DNA of 63,889 bases, filler included, from Octopus bimaculoides (GCF_001194135.2; 5 parts of 4 records of this genome joined end to end with filler, not necessarily neighbours in it); one strand, 5' to 3'; shown: positions 27,560-41,172, numbered from the whole stretch's first letter. The notes: generated from the sequence alone by a model not told the origin. Numbers and translations are program-made.

Positions 27560-27700
27560 CACTGCTTGATTCACACTTTATCCGTCGTCTCCTATCCGTC
27601 TCTCCCACAACCCATGCTATGCACACTGCTTCCATTCCAAGAACTACAGTTCTTCCAAGTTTTCTTCTTGTTCAGCCTTTTCTTAATGTGTTGGTTCACA
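27560..27700 (-). mobile_element. Decayed RTE-like C-terminal fragment
   Basis: Minus-strand KKKTWKNC resembles the RGRPKKTW motif of RTE ORFs. Heavily decayed. Confidence 0.3.
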
Positions 27701-28239
27701 GAAGTCCAAATTGAACATAATAGATAAGGTCGTCTTTAGATACCCGTAAAAAAGACGGAGTGGTCAAGGCTGAAATGCATTTGATCGTACGTTTGCTCGA
27801 TTAGGGAAACAACCAGCAACAACAACAACAACAGCAGCAGTACTTGTACCATCAGCAATACCAAAGACTCAAATTTGATTTCCAATATTAACACGTTATA
27901 AGGGCGCGGATGGGACGTTGGAGTTACTTGTCTTGAATTCGGCACTAATTGAGCAGGTATACAGTCAATGGCTGTCCAGTCATGACCGTCCCCTCATTTT
28001 CGTAGTAGTAGAGAGTTATGTAGGATTACATTATCAAAGGTGGATAATGATCTGATGGCTTTGTCTCTAGATTCATCGACAAAGTAGAGGTCCTTGTGTG
28101 GAGTTGTACTTTTAATTCTTTTATTTAAAAAATAAAATTGACTTTGGTAAAATAGGAATTAAGAAGGTAAAGGTTGATAACGAAGTGCTGCAAACTATTT
28201 TCTTGGTCACTCTAATGTTCCCATTATACCAGTTCAATT

Positions 28240-28450
28240 TAAAACTTTATTTCTAATTTAGGCATAAGGATAGCCATTTTGAAGAGAGGAGGTTAGTCGA
28301 TGCCAACAATCTCATTTGATTGGTACTTTAATTTATGGATTCTAAAACATTGGAAGGCAAAATCAATCTCAGCCGGATTGAAGACAAGACGTAAAGAACC
28401 AGAACAGACATCACAAAGCACTTTTCCGCTGCTCTAATAATTCTTCCAGC
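28240..28450 (-). mobile_element. SINE family B, diverged
   Basis: Reverse-complement similarity to 50970-51190 (GGAAGGCAAAATCAATCTCAGCCGG, TGGTACTTTAATTTAT). Confidence 0.6.
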
Positions 28451-28699
28451 TAACTATTTTTTCTTTTAATTAATAATAATGATGTCAAACGCAAAGACCA
28501 GACTACAACGCTCCAATCAAGTCCACATCAATTAATTCGACCTCAGTTTTAAACTGGTATTTTTGTCACGAATGGATTAAGCTCCTACATTAGTTAAGTC
28601 AAACAGATACTTACTGGCCATTTGCTACTGCACCTTGAACGGCGCTGCTAGAACTGCAGCTGTTGTTGCTTCTACTACTATATCCTAGGCCGCTTCAAG

Positions 28700-29100
28700 A
28701 CAAAGGCTACGCGGTTGATTGGCATGTCACTCACAGACACTCATCAGCCTCCGGAGCACTCTCATACTGTCTCCTCTCTCTCTGTCTTTGCTACTGTAAT
28801 GTTCTCCTTCCTTCAGAACTGACTGGACTTGTGCCACTTCCATTCAAGCACACCTGATTCATTCGTCTTCTTTGCTCTCATTTCCTGTCTTATGATCAAC
28901 CACCACCTCAGACTTTGCATTAACCATTTGCCCGAATCAGTCCTTCCTCGACAGAACTTTCGGCCCCCTGGAATTTGCTCCTCGCTCATATCTTTCTTGC
29001 AGATGTGTAGACTTGCAATACTGCAATACTTTAAGCACAAAGTTTAAGTCATCAATCTCGCCGGTTTGGGAGTGACATTGGCACAGGATATGGCATTGCC
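28700..29100 (-). mobile_element. Decayed RTE-like reverse transcriptase C-terminal fragment
   Basis: Minus-strand QSLRWWLII and MEV resemble RLRWFGHV...EMEV.GRRP.GRP of RTE ORFs. Frameshifted. Confidence 0.4.
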
Positions 29101-30313
29101 TATTTCTCCAGACGCAAGAAGTAATTTATTCATACATGTATGTATGTTTGTATATATGTATGTATGTATGTCCACACACACAGACACACAAATATACACA
29201 CACAGAGGGACAGAGAGAAGGGGACAGAGACAGAGAGAAGGACAGAGAACAAATGAAAGGGGATTCGGGAATCCAAGAGGTTATCTCAGTACCTCTGTGA
29301 ATTCCAGCCAGCAGAACGTAGAGAAAGGAACAATAGTTCTGTGGAGTTATTTGCTTCAGACAAACTGAAAATTCAGGAAGTTTCTTTCAGTTGTGGAGGA
29401 TGAAATAACAAAAGAATGGAGTAATGGTAATCATATTTATTCCACAGTTACAACTGTTTCAGCAATGTATCGGTAATAAATCATTTATGAAACATCGGGT
29501 ATATGATATTGATTACATAATGAAAGATCCACGATCACACATATATATTTATGTATATATTTACTTGTATATAATATATGTATATATATATATTTCCTTT
29601 TATATATAACGTTGACCACTAACGTGGACATTCAATGTGCTAGAAATAGATCACATCTTGTGTCTATTAAGACCTAAATTGTTCTCAACATGAAATATAG
29701 CGGAATACCTATATATATATTATTTATATNNNNNNNNNNNNNNNNNNNNNNNNNNNNNNNNNNNNNNNNNNNNNNNNNNNNNNNNNNNNNNNNNNNNNNN
29801 NNNNNNNNNNNNNNNNNNNNNNNNNNNNNNNNNNNNNNNNNNNNNNNNNNNNTATATATATATGTATAATATAAATGATATATATATATATATGCATATA
29901 AATATATATGTATATGTACTCACATACACATATATATGCATATATGGATACAGGACGTCAAGTTTATCTATCTATCTATCTAGCTATCTATTCATATGTG
30001 TATATATAGATATATGTACGTGCATGTATATGTATATGTGTATATATATGTATATGTGTATATATATATGTATATATATATATATATATATGTATGTATA
30101 TATGTATGTATATGTGTGTGTATATATATATGTATATGTGTATATATATGTGTGTGTGTTAAAGTAGTGAGGAAAGCCAAACAATTAGGCAATGCAGGAC
30201 AAGGACATTTAATTTCATTTAATTCAATCTAAAATTTAGCTACACAACGAATGGTAAAAATAGCACAAACTGGTAAACTTATATATACATACCTACACAC
30301 ACACATACGCACC

Positions 30314-30362
<49 letters not shown>

Positions 30363-30764
30363 GGTTCTTTCAGTATAGACGTAATATCATATGCTCGATG
30401 GTTTATATATATATATAAGAGAGAGAAAGAAAAAAAGAAAGAAAGAAAATCTTTAGTATTAGATTAGTACTTATTTAAACCAATGATTGGTGTCTTCGCT
30501 GTTGCCTTAGTAGCTAAAAATAGCAGCGAAATTCATATATATACATATATATATATATATAAGCGATTGGAAGATCACAACTACAACGCCTCTGCTCGAC
30601 AAAAGCTGACAGGGCAACAAAAACAACTACTAACAGTTATGGTATCGTCCTAGGAGAAATTAAGGAACGGGTCAGCTGCGGAGAAATTTAAATCCAAAAC
30701 GTAAACAACACGTAATTAAATAAAATACATTTTCCAGTGTTCAACCAATCGTTTGTCCTCCAGA

Positions 30765-31120
30765 ATTATTGTTTCTAATTTAGGCGCAATCCGAGAAATT
30801 TTGAATGAAGTAGATATGATATTACATCTTCCCCAGAACTGATTTTATTTCACTGGCTTCGGAGAGGTGAAAAGCTATATTGATCTCGGCAGAATTTGAA
30901 CTCAAAACGGAAAGAGCCGGAATTGATACTGCAAGGCATTTTGTTCGACGCGCCGAAGATTCTGCCAATTCTAATAAGAGTTTCATACTTTGGTCCAAGA
31001 CCAGCAATTTTAGGGTGAGGGAGTTACTCGATTACATCGATTCCAGTACTTGACTAGTACTTGTTTTATTGATCCCAAAAGGATGAAAGGCAAATTTGGT
31101 CTCGGCGGTCTCAAAGAGCC
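30765..31120 (-). mobile_element. Two tandem SINE family B copies
   Basis: GATCTCGGCAGAATTTGAACTCAAAACG (B-box on minus) and CCAAAAGGATGAAAGGCAAA match family B. Confidence 0.7.
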
Positions 31121-31711
31121 GGAAGAGATACATAATATCAATAATTTCAAACAGCAAAAATGCAAAAATACAAACAAGATGAAATGAGATACCAGGGGGT
31201 TAAGGACAACAATATGTAGGTGGTTGTTGAACCTTACAGATACAAGCTTATCCTGACTACCTTGGACGGATGCTCTCTATCTCAGTTTTGGTATCCCACC
31301 CAGGGGCGCATACTGAGTGTAGGCCCATTCACAGAGACCACACAGACCTCTCCCACCCTGTAGTAAGCACATTGAAGAGTAAAACTTTCTCAGTTTTCAC
31401 TATTCTCTCAAAGTAGTAGTGAAGAACTTGAAGTCGGGTGTCTATCATCAGTACATTTAACCCTGTCTACCATNNNNNNNNNNCAAAAAATACCTGCCCC
31501 TACTTGTTCATGTAGAGTTCTATTAAACCTGTGCAAATTGATTAGAATGGTGTTCGGTACCCTAATGTCATTGTTGCCTTTTGTAAAATGCAGTCTGGTA
31601 TGAGGATATCTTCGTCCTTTACTCCCAGCAGTTTTGGAGGCTCTGTAAAAAAAAGGGTTATAGGCGAAGTCCCTTCTTAGTGCCGATAAGAGAGGGAATC
31701 ATCTAATTGTA

Positions 31712-31959
31712 TTGGGTTGGTGCATAATTATTGCGGCTTTTTCCCAACAAATTTTGTTTAACAAAAACAATAACATGTAACAAAAACATCTTTAAATGAT
31801 TATTCCGGAGCATATTCACCATGTACTTCAATTACTGCTTCCCATTTGCTTGGCAGACGGTCAGACCGTCATTTAAAGATGTTTTTGTTAAATATTGCTA
31901 TTGCTTTTATTGAATAAAATTTGTTGAAAAAAAGCCGCAATAATTATGCACCAACTCAA
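31712..31959. mobile_element. Mariner MITE (Made1-like TIR), TA target duplication
   Basis: TIRs TTGGGTTGGTGCATAATTATTGCGGCTTT / AAAGCCGCAATAATTATGCACCAACTCAA flanked by TA at 31710-31711 and 31960-31961. The minus strand encodes the transposase C-terminus DRLPSKWEAVIEVHGEYAPE*. Confidence 0.9.
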
Positions 31960-32156
31960 TATTTACTAGCAAGACTGTCTCTGTTTTTAAATATGCTGAA
32001 TTGCAGATATCGCGTTTCTATATTATAAATAATTTATATAATTTTATAAATGTGCAAGCGCGCATGTGTGTGTGTGTGTGGTAGGGACTTCATTAATACA
32101 TATATCAAAGAAAACAACCTGATTCTTTCAGAGAGTTTTGTGATCGTTTATAATTC

Positions 32157-32604
32157 GCTTGTTTCAGTTATTGGACTGCGACCATGCTGGGATACCGATT
32201 TGTAGAGTTTTAGTTGAACGAATCGTCCCTAATACGTAATTTCATTAAGTTGGATACTCTTTTGCCTAACCGGTTACCAAGCAGTGATGGGTGACACACA
32301 CACACACATAAACGACGGGCTTCTTTTAGTTTTCTTTTATCAAATCCATTCACAAGGCTATGGTCAGCCCGAGGTTATGGCTGAAGACATTAGCCTAAAG
32401 TGCCACGCAAAAGGACTGAACTTGAAACCATATGGTTGGGAAGCAAAACTGGCTTCCACGGTTTCTGTCTACTAAATTCACTGGTCGGAAATGGTCGGCC
32501 CAGGCTATAAACCAGATATTTGTCCAAAGTGGCATGCAGCGGAACTGAACCCGAAACCACGTGGCTGCAAAGCAACCTCCTTAACCACACAGCCACGCCT
32601 GCAC
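32157..32604 (-). mobile_element. SINE family A copy plus an extra 5' half
   Basis: Tail, (CA)n and core at 32157-32455, followed by a second head at 32456-32604. Confidence 0.75.
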
Positions 32605-32759
32605 ATGATGAATATATTGTAACCCTTTTCTGCGTTTCCTGCACAGAGTAAGCCCTACAGAGAAGGGTTTCGTTACTTCAGCACAAGCTATACATTGTAG
32701 GGAATGAATTCACTTTAGTTAATCGATACCCCTACTTCATTTATAGTCCTTGGTGTTGT

Positions 32760-32990
32760 TGAAGGCGGGTGGCCTAGTGGACTGGTGTTGCACTCACGAT
32801 CGTAAGATCGCATTTTCGATTTCTGGCCTAGGCAGTGCATTCTGTTCTTGAGTAAAATATTTCGTTTTGTATTGCTCCAGTTACTCGGCCGTAAACGAGT
32901 AACCCTGCGACAGACAGGTGTCCTGTTCGTAGGAATGTTGTGATTTTGGTCAGTTAAACGCTCAGGAAACCGGGTAACTTACCCTAGAAG
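32760..32990 (+). mobile_element. tRNA-derived SINE with a V-domain-like segment
   Basis: A-box TGGCCTAGTGG, decayed B-box TTTTCGATTTC, and AACCCTGCGACAGACAGGTGTCCTGTTC similar to the V-SINE domain (from memory). Confidence 0.5.
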
Positions 32991-33019
32991 TGATAAGATT
33001 TGAGAACGTAATGTCCAAA

Positions 33020-33245
33020 AGTTGTTGTTGTTGATGATGATGATGATGATGATGATGCAGCTGCTGTTGTTGATGATGTTGATGATGATGATGATGATAA
33101 TGCTGTTGTCGATTATGATGATAATGATGCTGTTGATAATGATGCTGTTGATGATGATGATAATGATGGTGTTGTTGTTGTTGATGATAAGGAGGAGGAG
33201 GATGCTGCTGATCATGATGATGATGATGATATTGTTGTTGTTTTA
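33020..33245. repeat. (GAT/GTT)n trinucleotide block
   Basis: Directly visible. Confidence 0.9.
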
Positions 33246-33768
33246 GCCACAGGTTGTCCTTCATGAAGATGACACATAATCGAAGTTTATCGCAACGTTA
33301 ACCATCACGATTTATTTTCTAAAAAAATTCATCAACCTACAATTTATATTACTCATAGGGCTTTGCAAAAAAAAAATAAAAAATTTTAAAAAAACAAAGA
33401 AAAAAAAATTGATGGAGATTTGGTTGCTATTTCTAACACGACGAACAACCATATAAAGGATTCATGTAGAGTGTTTAACAAAGGGGTTACTGTGACTATA
33501 TTTACACATCTGCGTGTGTGCAGAAAGTGCGTGTGTGCCAATTGCGTAAGACCGAAAGAAATTCTTCTGTCGAATTTCTGTATATCCTACTCACTGTGTG
33601 TGTGGTATGTGTGTGTGTTTGTGAGTGTGTGTGTGCGTGTGTGTGTGTGCGTGTGTGTGTGTGTGTGCGTGCGTATGTGTGTGTGTGTGTGTGTTTCAAC
33701 ATTAAATGCATTGTTGATTTCGTTTTGCGCACACGCTCACACGGGCACCGATACAAAACAATAAGCGG

Positions 33769-33807
<39 letters not shown>

Positions 33808-34145
33808 TACACACATACACACACACACACAAACACCCACATACATGAATAGATTGACATTAAACATTCTCATCCGCACACGTACGCATGCATACATGAT
33901 GAACGTATATTATGCGTGTGTATATGTGCAGATGTCACGTTTAAATATATGTGTGGGTGTGTAGGTATGTGTGTGTATGCATGTAAATGTGTTTATATTT
34001 ATACAAACTCTCGCATGCACCAAATTGTCAATTCCTGAAGTAAAATTCGAGAAGTAAAATTATGTAGCAACACCAAATGGCGGTGCCCCAGCATGGCCAC
34101 GGCTCATGAGCTGAAACTAGATAAAATGAAAAAAAAATGAAAATG

Positions 34146-34200
<55 letters not shown>

Positions 34201-34884
34201 AATGCACACACATGCATATAAATATAAGTACATATATATTATATACATACATACATACATACATACAGACGTACCAGCAAATACTATATAATTTTATATT
34301 TCATTAATTTAGGCAAACATTTATGGAGAAGGTGTATATAACTGTTTTAACCGTTGATCCCAAACTGTATTTAGGGGGTGTTTTGAGGAAAGAATAGGGT
34401 TCATTTCATCGGAATGTGCCACAATAGACTAGACAGATCAATGATAACTTGTATGTGGTAATAACATATTTATGTGTTCGTTAAGATGTGTTCGTATGAG
34501 TCAGTTTGCGTGTGTATCCATATACGCACGCGTGTGTGTGGCAGAGAGAGAGAGTATTGTGAGGGAGTATGTGAGAGAGAGAGAGAGTGTGTGTGTGTGT
34601 GTGTGTGTGGGTGTATGTGTGTATGTAGGAGAGTTAATATATAAGTGCACGTCTGTTAGCCTCTATGTGTGTGTTTCTCAGTGAAGTGTGTGTGTATGTG
34701 TGAGAGCGTGTGTGCATGTCTGTTAGTGTCTGTGTGTGTTTATATCAGTGATGTACGTTCTTGTGTGAATGAGTCTGTTTTCTGGACATGTGTGACTGAA
34801 CAGCAATATGTGTGTGCGTGTGTGTATAGAGAGAGAGAGAATGAGAGAGCGAGAGAAGGAGGGAGAAAGAGAATGAGAGAGAGA

Positions 34885-34926
<42 letters not shown>

Positions 34927-35262
34927 TACATCTATTATACATCTATATATGTAGATATATTTATATCTATCCTTCTATTTATGTGTATGTGACATTACTG
35001 TTCTTCTCTTTACTTCCCCTCTCGCTCTATGTGTAAGTGTGTGTATGTATATATACATATGTATGTTGGTGTGTATGTGTGTATATCTATACATGTATGT
35101 ATGTATGTATGTATGTATGTATAAAGGTATGTGTATGTATGTATATATAAACACCGTCAATACCTTTGAAACTATTTATATATATGTGCATAATGACGCA
35201 AAATATAGAGAGAGAAATGCGTATATATATATATGTGGTGTGAGAGTGTAAATATATATATA

Positions 35263-35321
<59 letters not shown>

Positions 35322-36282
35322 ATATATATATATATTGTTGTGTCTGGGGAGAGTCATTTTCTTTTTGTGCCTTAAACGAAATATATATATATGGATATGT
35401 ATATACATATGTATGTATAGAGACAAACAGACAGACAGACAGAAAGACAGACAGAAAGAAAGAAAGACAGACAGACATACAGATAGATAGATAGATAGAT
35501 AGATAGGTAGCTGAATGAATGCATACACACACACTAATGCATGAATATAATACACATCTATATATATATATATATATATATATNNNNNNNNNNNNNNNNN
35601 NNNNNNNNNNNNNNNNNNNNNNNNNNNNNNNNNNNNNNNNNNNNNNNNNNNNNNNNNNNNNNNNNNNNNNNNNNNNNNNNNNNNNNNNNNNNNNNNNNNN
35701 NNNNNNNNNNNNNNNNNNNNNNNNNNNNNNNNNNNNNNNNNNNNNNNNNNNNNNNNNNNNNNNNNNNNNNNNNNNNNNNNNNNNNNNNNNNNNNNNNNNN
35801 NNNNNNNNNNNNNNNNNNNNNNNNNNNNNNNNNNNNNNNNNNNNNNNNNNNNNNNNNNNNNNNNNNNNNNNNNNNNNNNNNNNNNNNNNNNNNNNNNNNN
35901 NNNNNNNNNNNNNNNNNNNNNNNNNNNNNNNNNNNNNNNNNNNNNNNNNNNNNNNNNNNNNNNNNNNNNNNNNNNNNNNNNNNNNNNNNNNNNNNNNNNN
36001 NNNNNNNNNNNNNNNNNNNNNNNNNNNNNNNNNNNNNNNNNNNNNNNNNNNNNNNNNNNNNNNNNNNNNNNNNNNNNNNNNNNNNNNNNNNNNNNNNNNN
36101 NNNNNNNNNNNNNNNNNNNNNNNNNNNNNNNNNNNNNNNNNNNNNNNNNNNNNNNNNNNNNNNNNNNNNNNNNNNNNNNNNNNNNNNNNNNNNNNNNNNN
36201 NNNNNNNNNNNNNNNNNNNNNNNNNNNNNNNNNNNNNNNNNNNNNNNNNNNNNNNNNNNNNNNNNNNNNNNNNNNNNNNNNN

Positions 36283-36400
36283 GGTAGATAAATAGATAAT
36301 TAGGTAGATAGATAGACAGATATTAGGTAGATAGATAATTAGGTAGGTAGATAGAAAGATAGATAATTAGGTAGGTAGGGAGGTAGGTAGATAGATAGAC

Positions 36401-36456
<56 letters not shown>

Positions 36457-36600
36457 GCATACATACATAATACATACATACATACATACATACATAAATG
36501 CATACATACATACATACATAAATGCATACATACATACATACATAAATGCATACATACATACATACATACATACATACATACATACATACATACATACATA
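36283..36600. repeat. (GATA)n then (CATA)n tetranucleotide arrays
   Basis: Directly visible. Confidence 0.95.
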
Positions 36601-36740
36601 CAGAGGGGACAAAATACAATGTAGAGCTTTTCTTTTCGAAAATAGGAAAAACAAAAAAGGAGAAAAATAAAGTTCCGATCAATAGGGATCGTGAGAAAAA
36701 AAAAAAAAAAGAAACGATCGAAAGGGATCGTGTATCACAG
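36601..36740 (-). mobile_element. Interspersed repeat (probable LINE 3' end), copy 1
   Basis: Shares GGGACAAA(A)TACAATGTAGAGCTTTTCTTTT and paired CGATC-N6-GATCG motifs with 39444-39610. Confidence 0.55.
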
Positions 36741-37724
36741 AAAATATTAAAAATGTAAAAAGCAAGATTAGCTTTATCCGTGGAAAGAAAAGCCTACGGA
36801 AAAGACCACGGTTACCTCAGGCAGGGAGGGAATAAACACATGAGAGCAAAGTGCTCTCTCTCTTTTTTTCGATTTACAGGATCACACTCAAAGTGTTTTC
36901 GTCACTCGCACGTACCATCTTTGCTACATTCACCCACCTTTTATTGAAACTTTCACGAGACAAAACTTGCCTCTCTATTCTCACCTTCCTTTTCAAGTGG
37001 NNNNNNNNNNNNNNNNNNNNNNNNNNNNNNNNNNNNNNNNNNNNNNNNNNNNNNNNNNNNNNNNNNNNNNNNNNNNNNNNNNNNNNNNNNNNNNNNNNNN
37101 NNNNNNNNNNNNNNNNNNNNNNNNNNNNNNNNNNNNNNNNNNNNNNNNNNNNNNNNNNNNNNNNNNNNNNNNNNNNNNNNNNNNNNNNNNNNNNNNNNNN
37201 NNNNNNNNNNNNNNNNNNNNNNNNNNNNNNNNNNNNNNNNNNNNNNNNNNNNNNNNNNNNNNNNNNNNNNNNNNNNNNNNNNNNNNNNNNNNNNNNNNNN
37301 NNNNNNNNNNNNNNNNNNNNNNNNNNNNNNNNNNNNNNNNNNNNNNNNNNNNNNNNNNNNNNNNNNNNNNNNNNNNNNNNNNNNNNNNNNNNNNNNNNNN
37401 NNNNNNNNNNNNNNNNNNNNNNNNNNNNNNNNNNNNNNNNNNNNNNNNNNNNNNNNNNNNNNNNNNNNNNNNNNNNNNNNNNNNNNNNNNNNNNNNNNNN
37501 NNNNNNNNNNNNNNNNNNNNNNNNNNNNNNNNNNNNNNNNNNNNNNNNNNNNNNNNNNNNNNNNNNNNNNNNNNNNNNNNNNNNNNNNNNNNNNNNNNNN
37601 NNNNNNNNNNNNNNNNNNNNNNNNNNNNNNNNNNNNNNNNNNNNNNNNNNNNNNNNNNNNNNNNNNNNNNNNNNNNNNNNNNNNNNNNNNNNNNNNNNNN
37701 NNNNNNNNNNNNNNNNNNNTATAT

Positions 37725-37870
37725 AGGTAGGTGGTTTTCTAGAGTTTCTACAAGGCGTTGGTCGGTCTGGGACACAAGTAGAAGAAACTTGCCCACGTTT
37801 CTACGCGTTGGGACTGAACCTTAAACATCGTGGTTGCAAAGTGAGCTTCTTAACCACACCAACATGCCTT
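37725..37870 (-). mobile_element. SINE family A, 5' half
   Basis: GTAGAAGAAACTTGCCCA...GGGACTGAACC...CTTAACCACAC. Confidence 0.7.
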
Positions 37871-38443
37871 TTGATAAGACGGTTGACACCTCGACTGCAA
37901 TTTCTGTTCATCAAAGTGTTGAAATGAAAATTCTTCGAGAACGAGGTCATCCAATTACCCAGTTTTCGGTTTTAGAACAGGTGCGAGTCACTATTCTTGA
38001 TTAAAAAAAAAAAAGTCATCCTGAAGTTGTAATAAACTATATTTTCCAAATTATTGAACCTGGATATTTCTAGCGAATTTATGGAATCAGACCTCATGTG
38101 GGATAAAATGAAGGGTCAAACTAGCGTGGTATTTGATATTGGAATATGAAGAGCTTTAATAACATATTGCATGATTTGAGCGATAACACTCTCATATCCA
38201 CCCCAAGTCGCTGTCCCAGTAATTCACAGTTGATGAGTACATATGAGTAAGCGTATGTTTATGTACATACATAGCTTTAATATGCATACTTAAATATATA
38301 CGTCTGCATGCATATACGTAAAAGCTCTCACAATGTTGAGTGTGTTTATATATATATACATGCCACCGCACAAAACTCTCGACTCTTGAGTCACTCATAA
38401 AAAACATACCTTGACTCAAATTTTGACATCTATATCCCCCCCG

Positions 38444-38478
<35 letters not shown>

Positions 38479-39443
38479 NNNNNNNNNNNNNNNNNNNNNN
38501 NNNNNNNNNNNNNNNNNNNNNNNNNNNNNNNNNNNNNNNNNNNNNNNNNNNNNNNNNNNNNNNNNNNNNNNNNNNNNNNNNNNNNNNNNNNNNNNNNNNN
38601 NNNNNNNNNNNNNNNNNNNNNNNNNNNNNNNNNNNNNNNNNNNNNNNNNNNNNNNNNNNNNNNNNNNNNNNNNNNNNNNNNNNNNNNNNNNNNNNNNNNN
38701 NNNNNNNNNNNNNNNNNNNNNNNNNNNNNNNNNNNNNNNNNNNNNNNNNNNNNNNNNNNNNNNNNNNNNNNNNNNNNNNNNNNNNNNNNNNNNNNNNNNN
38801 NNNNNNNNNNNNNNNNNNNNNNNNNNNNNNNNNNNNNNNNNNNNNNNNNNNNNNNNNNNNNNNNNNNNNNNNNNNNNNNNNNNNNNNNNNNNNNNNNNNN
38901 NNNNNNNNNNNNNNNNNNNNNNNNNNNNNNNNNNNNNNNNNNNNNNNNNNNNNNNNNNNNNNNNNNNNNNNNNNNNNNNNNNNNNNNNNNNNNNNNNNNN
39001 NNNNNNNNNNNNNNNNNNNNNNNNNNNNNNNNNNNNNNNNNNNNNNNNNNNNNNNNNNNNNNNNNNNNNNNNNNNNNNNNNNNNNNNNNNNNNNNNNNNN
39101 NNNNNNNNNNNNNNNNNNNNNNNNNNNNNNNNNNNNNNNNNNNNNNNNNNNNNNNNNNNNNNNNNNNNNNNNNNNNNNNNNNNNNNNNNNNNNNNNNNNN
39201 NNNNNNNNNNNNNNNNNNNNNNNNNNNNNNNNNNNNNNNNNNNNNNNNNNNNNNNNNNNNNNNNNNNNNNNNNNNNNNNNNNNNNNNNNNNNNNNNNNNN
39301 NNNNNNNNNNNNNNNNNNNNNNNNNNNNNNNNNNNNNNNNNNNNNNNNNNNNNNNNNNNNNNNNNNNNNNNNNNNNNNNNNNNNNNNNNNNNNNNNNNNN
39401 NNNNNNNNNNNNNNNNNNNNNNNNNNACAGAGAGAGATAGATA

Positions 39444-39610
39444 CATTTCTTTTATTAGCCACACAGGGCTCAACACAGATGGGACAAATACAATGTAGAG
39501 CTTTTCTTTTTGCGAGGGGGAAGGAGAGAAAGAGAAAGAAAAAGGGGGGGGTCGATCAAAAAAGATCGTAGGAAAGAAAAAGGGGGGGGGAGCTCGATCA
39601 AAAGGGATCG
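39444..39610 (-). mobile_element. Interspersed repeat (probable LINE 3' end), copy 2
   Basis: As copy 1. The minus strand ends in AATAAAAGAAATG next to (TATC)n. Confidence 0.55.
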
Positions 39611-39699
39611 AGAAAAAAAAAGTCTGTTGTGTGGCATTATTCTGTAGTAATGCCCTTATATAAATATAGATAGATAGACAGATAGATAGATAGGTAGAC

Positions 39700-39738
<39 letters not shown>

Positions 39739-40076
39739 CAGATAGATAGATATCAAGTACCTGAATGGAAGGTATACTCATGCATGCCTAGATATATTTC
39801 CATATGAATATACAAATGAGTGTGTGCAAGTACAGATTTAAACATGATATATATAGTAACAAAATTATACAAATTATAGTTCCCGATTTAGGGAAACAGG
39901 CCAACCGTTTTCTGAAGAGGGGAATAGTCGATACCATCGACCCGAGTACTTCACTGGTATTATATTATATACACAAATATATGTGTGTACCTATCTATCT
40001 ATCTATCTATCTCTCTATTTAGCTATCTTCAACACACACACACACACATGTGTGTATGTATATATGTATGTACGTG

Positions 40077-40127
<51 letters not shown>

Positions 40128-40948
40128 NNNNNNNNNNNNNNNNNNNNNNNNNNNNNNNNNNNNNNNNNNNNNNNNNNNNNNNNNNNNNNNNNNNNNNNNN
40201 NNNNNNNNNNNNNNNNNNNNNNNNNNNNNNNNNNNNNNNNNNNNNNNNNNNNNNNNNNNNNNNNNNNNNNNNNNNNNNNNNNNNNNNNNNNNNNNNNNNN
40301 NNNNNNNNNNNNNNNNNNNNNNNNNNNNNNNNNNNNNNNNNNNNNNNNNNNNNNNNNNNNNNNNNNNNNNNNNNNNNNNNNNNNNNNNNNNNNNNNNNNN
40401 NNNNNNNNNNNNNNNNNNNNNNNNNNNNNNNNNNNNNNNNNNNNNNNNNNNNNNNNNNNNNNNNNNNNNNNNNNNNNNNNNNNNNNNNNNNNNNNNNNNN
40501 NNNNNNNNNNNNNNNNNNNNNNNNNNNNNNNNNNNNNNNNNNNNNNNNNNNNNNNNNNNNNNNNNNNNNNNNNNNNNNNNNNNNNNNNNNNNTATATATA
40601 TATATATATGAAGTATTATTACTATTAAAACAGCACTAATAAGGTGGCTAGCACGAAACGCACACGAGTTGATGTAATGAGCATTTTAGAAATAGATGTT
40701 AAATACTGTCTCCAGCTGACGATTGCAAAGCATGTTTTCCCATGCACATCATGAAATCAATTGATATTGGGGTATGTAGTAAGCTACCTTCGAATTCCAT
40801 CCTGAAGGTAGGCCTATTTTTGGAAATATTAATTACATTGCTCGTGTGTGTATTTATCGTAGAATTGGTGGTTGTTTTGAAGCTCTCGCTTTCATTTTTA
40901 GCAAGCGGTATCTTAATCCTTCTTTTCTTCAAATGTTATATATATATA

Positions 40949-41172
40949 GGCGCAGGACTGGCTGTGTGGCAAGTAGCTTGCTTACCAACCACATGGTTCC
41001 GAGTTCAGTCCCACTGCGTGGCACCTTGGGCAAGTGTCTTCTACTATAGCCTCGGGCTGACCAAAGCTTTGTGAGTGGATTTGGCAGACGGAAACTGTTA
41101 GAAGCCCGTCATATATATGTATATATATAAAAGTGTGTTTGTGTGTCTCTGTTTGTCCCCCCACCATCGCTT
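40949..41172 (+). mobile_element. SINE family A, young copy truncated by a gap
   Basis: GGCGCAGGACTGGCTGTGTGG head (A-box), GAGTTCAGTCC (B-box), then GGCACCTTGGGCAAGTG, which resembles the CORE-SINE/MIR core. Confidence 0.9.

Noticed and set aside
37872-37986. Protein-like frame ending at CAG|GTGCGA
   Set aside because: It has no acceptor, is short and has no recognisable homology.
40742-41074. Hydrophobic 110-aa ORF
   Set aside because: Its 3' third is a SINE head, and the rest is T-rich sequence without motifs.
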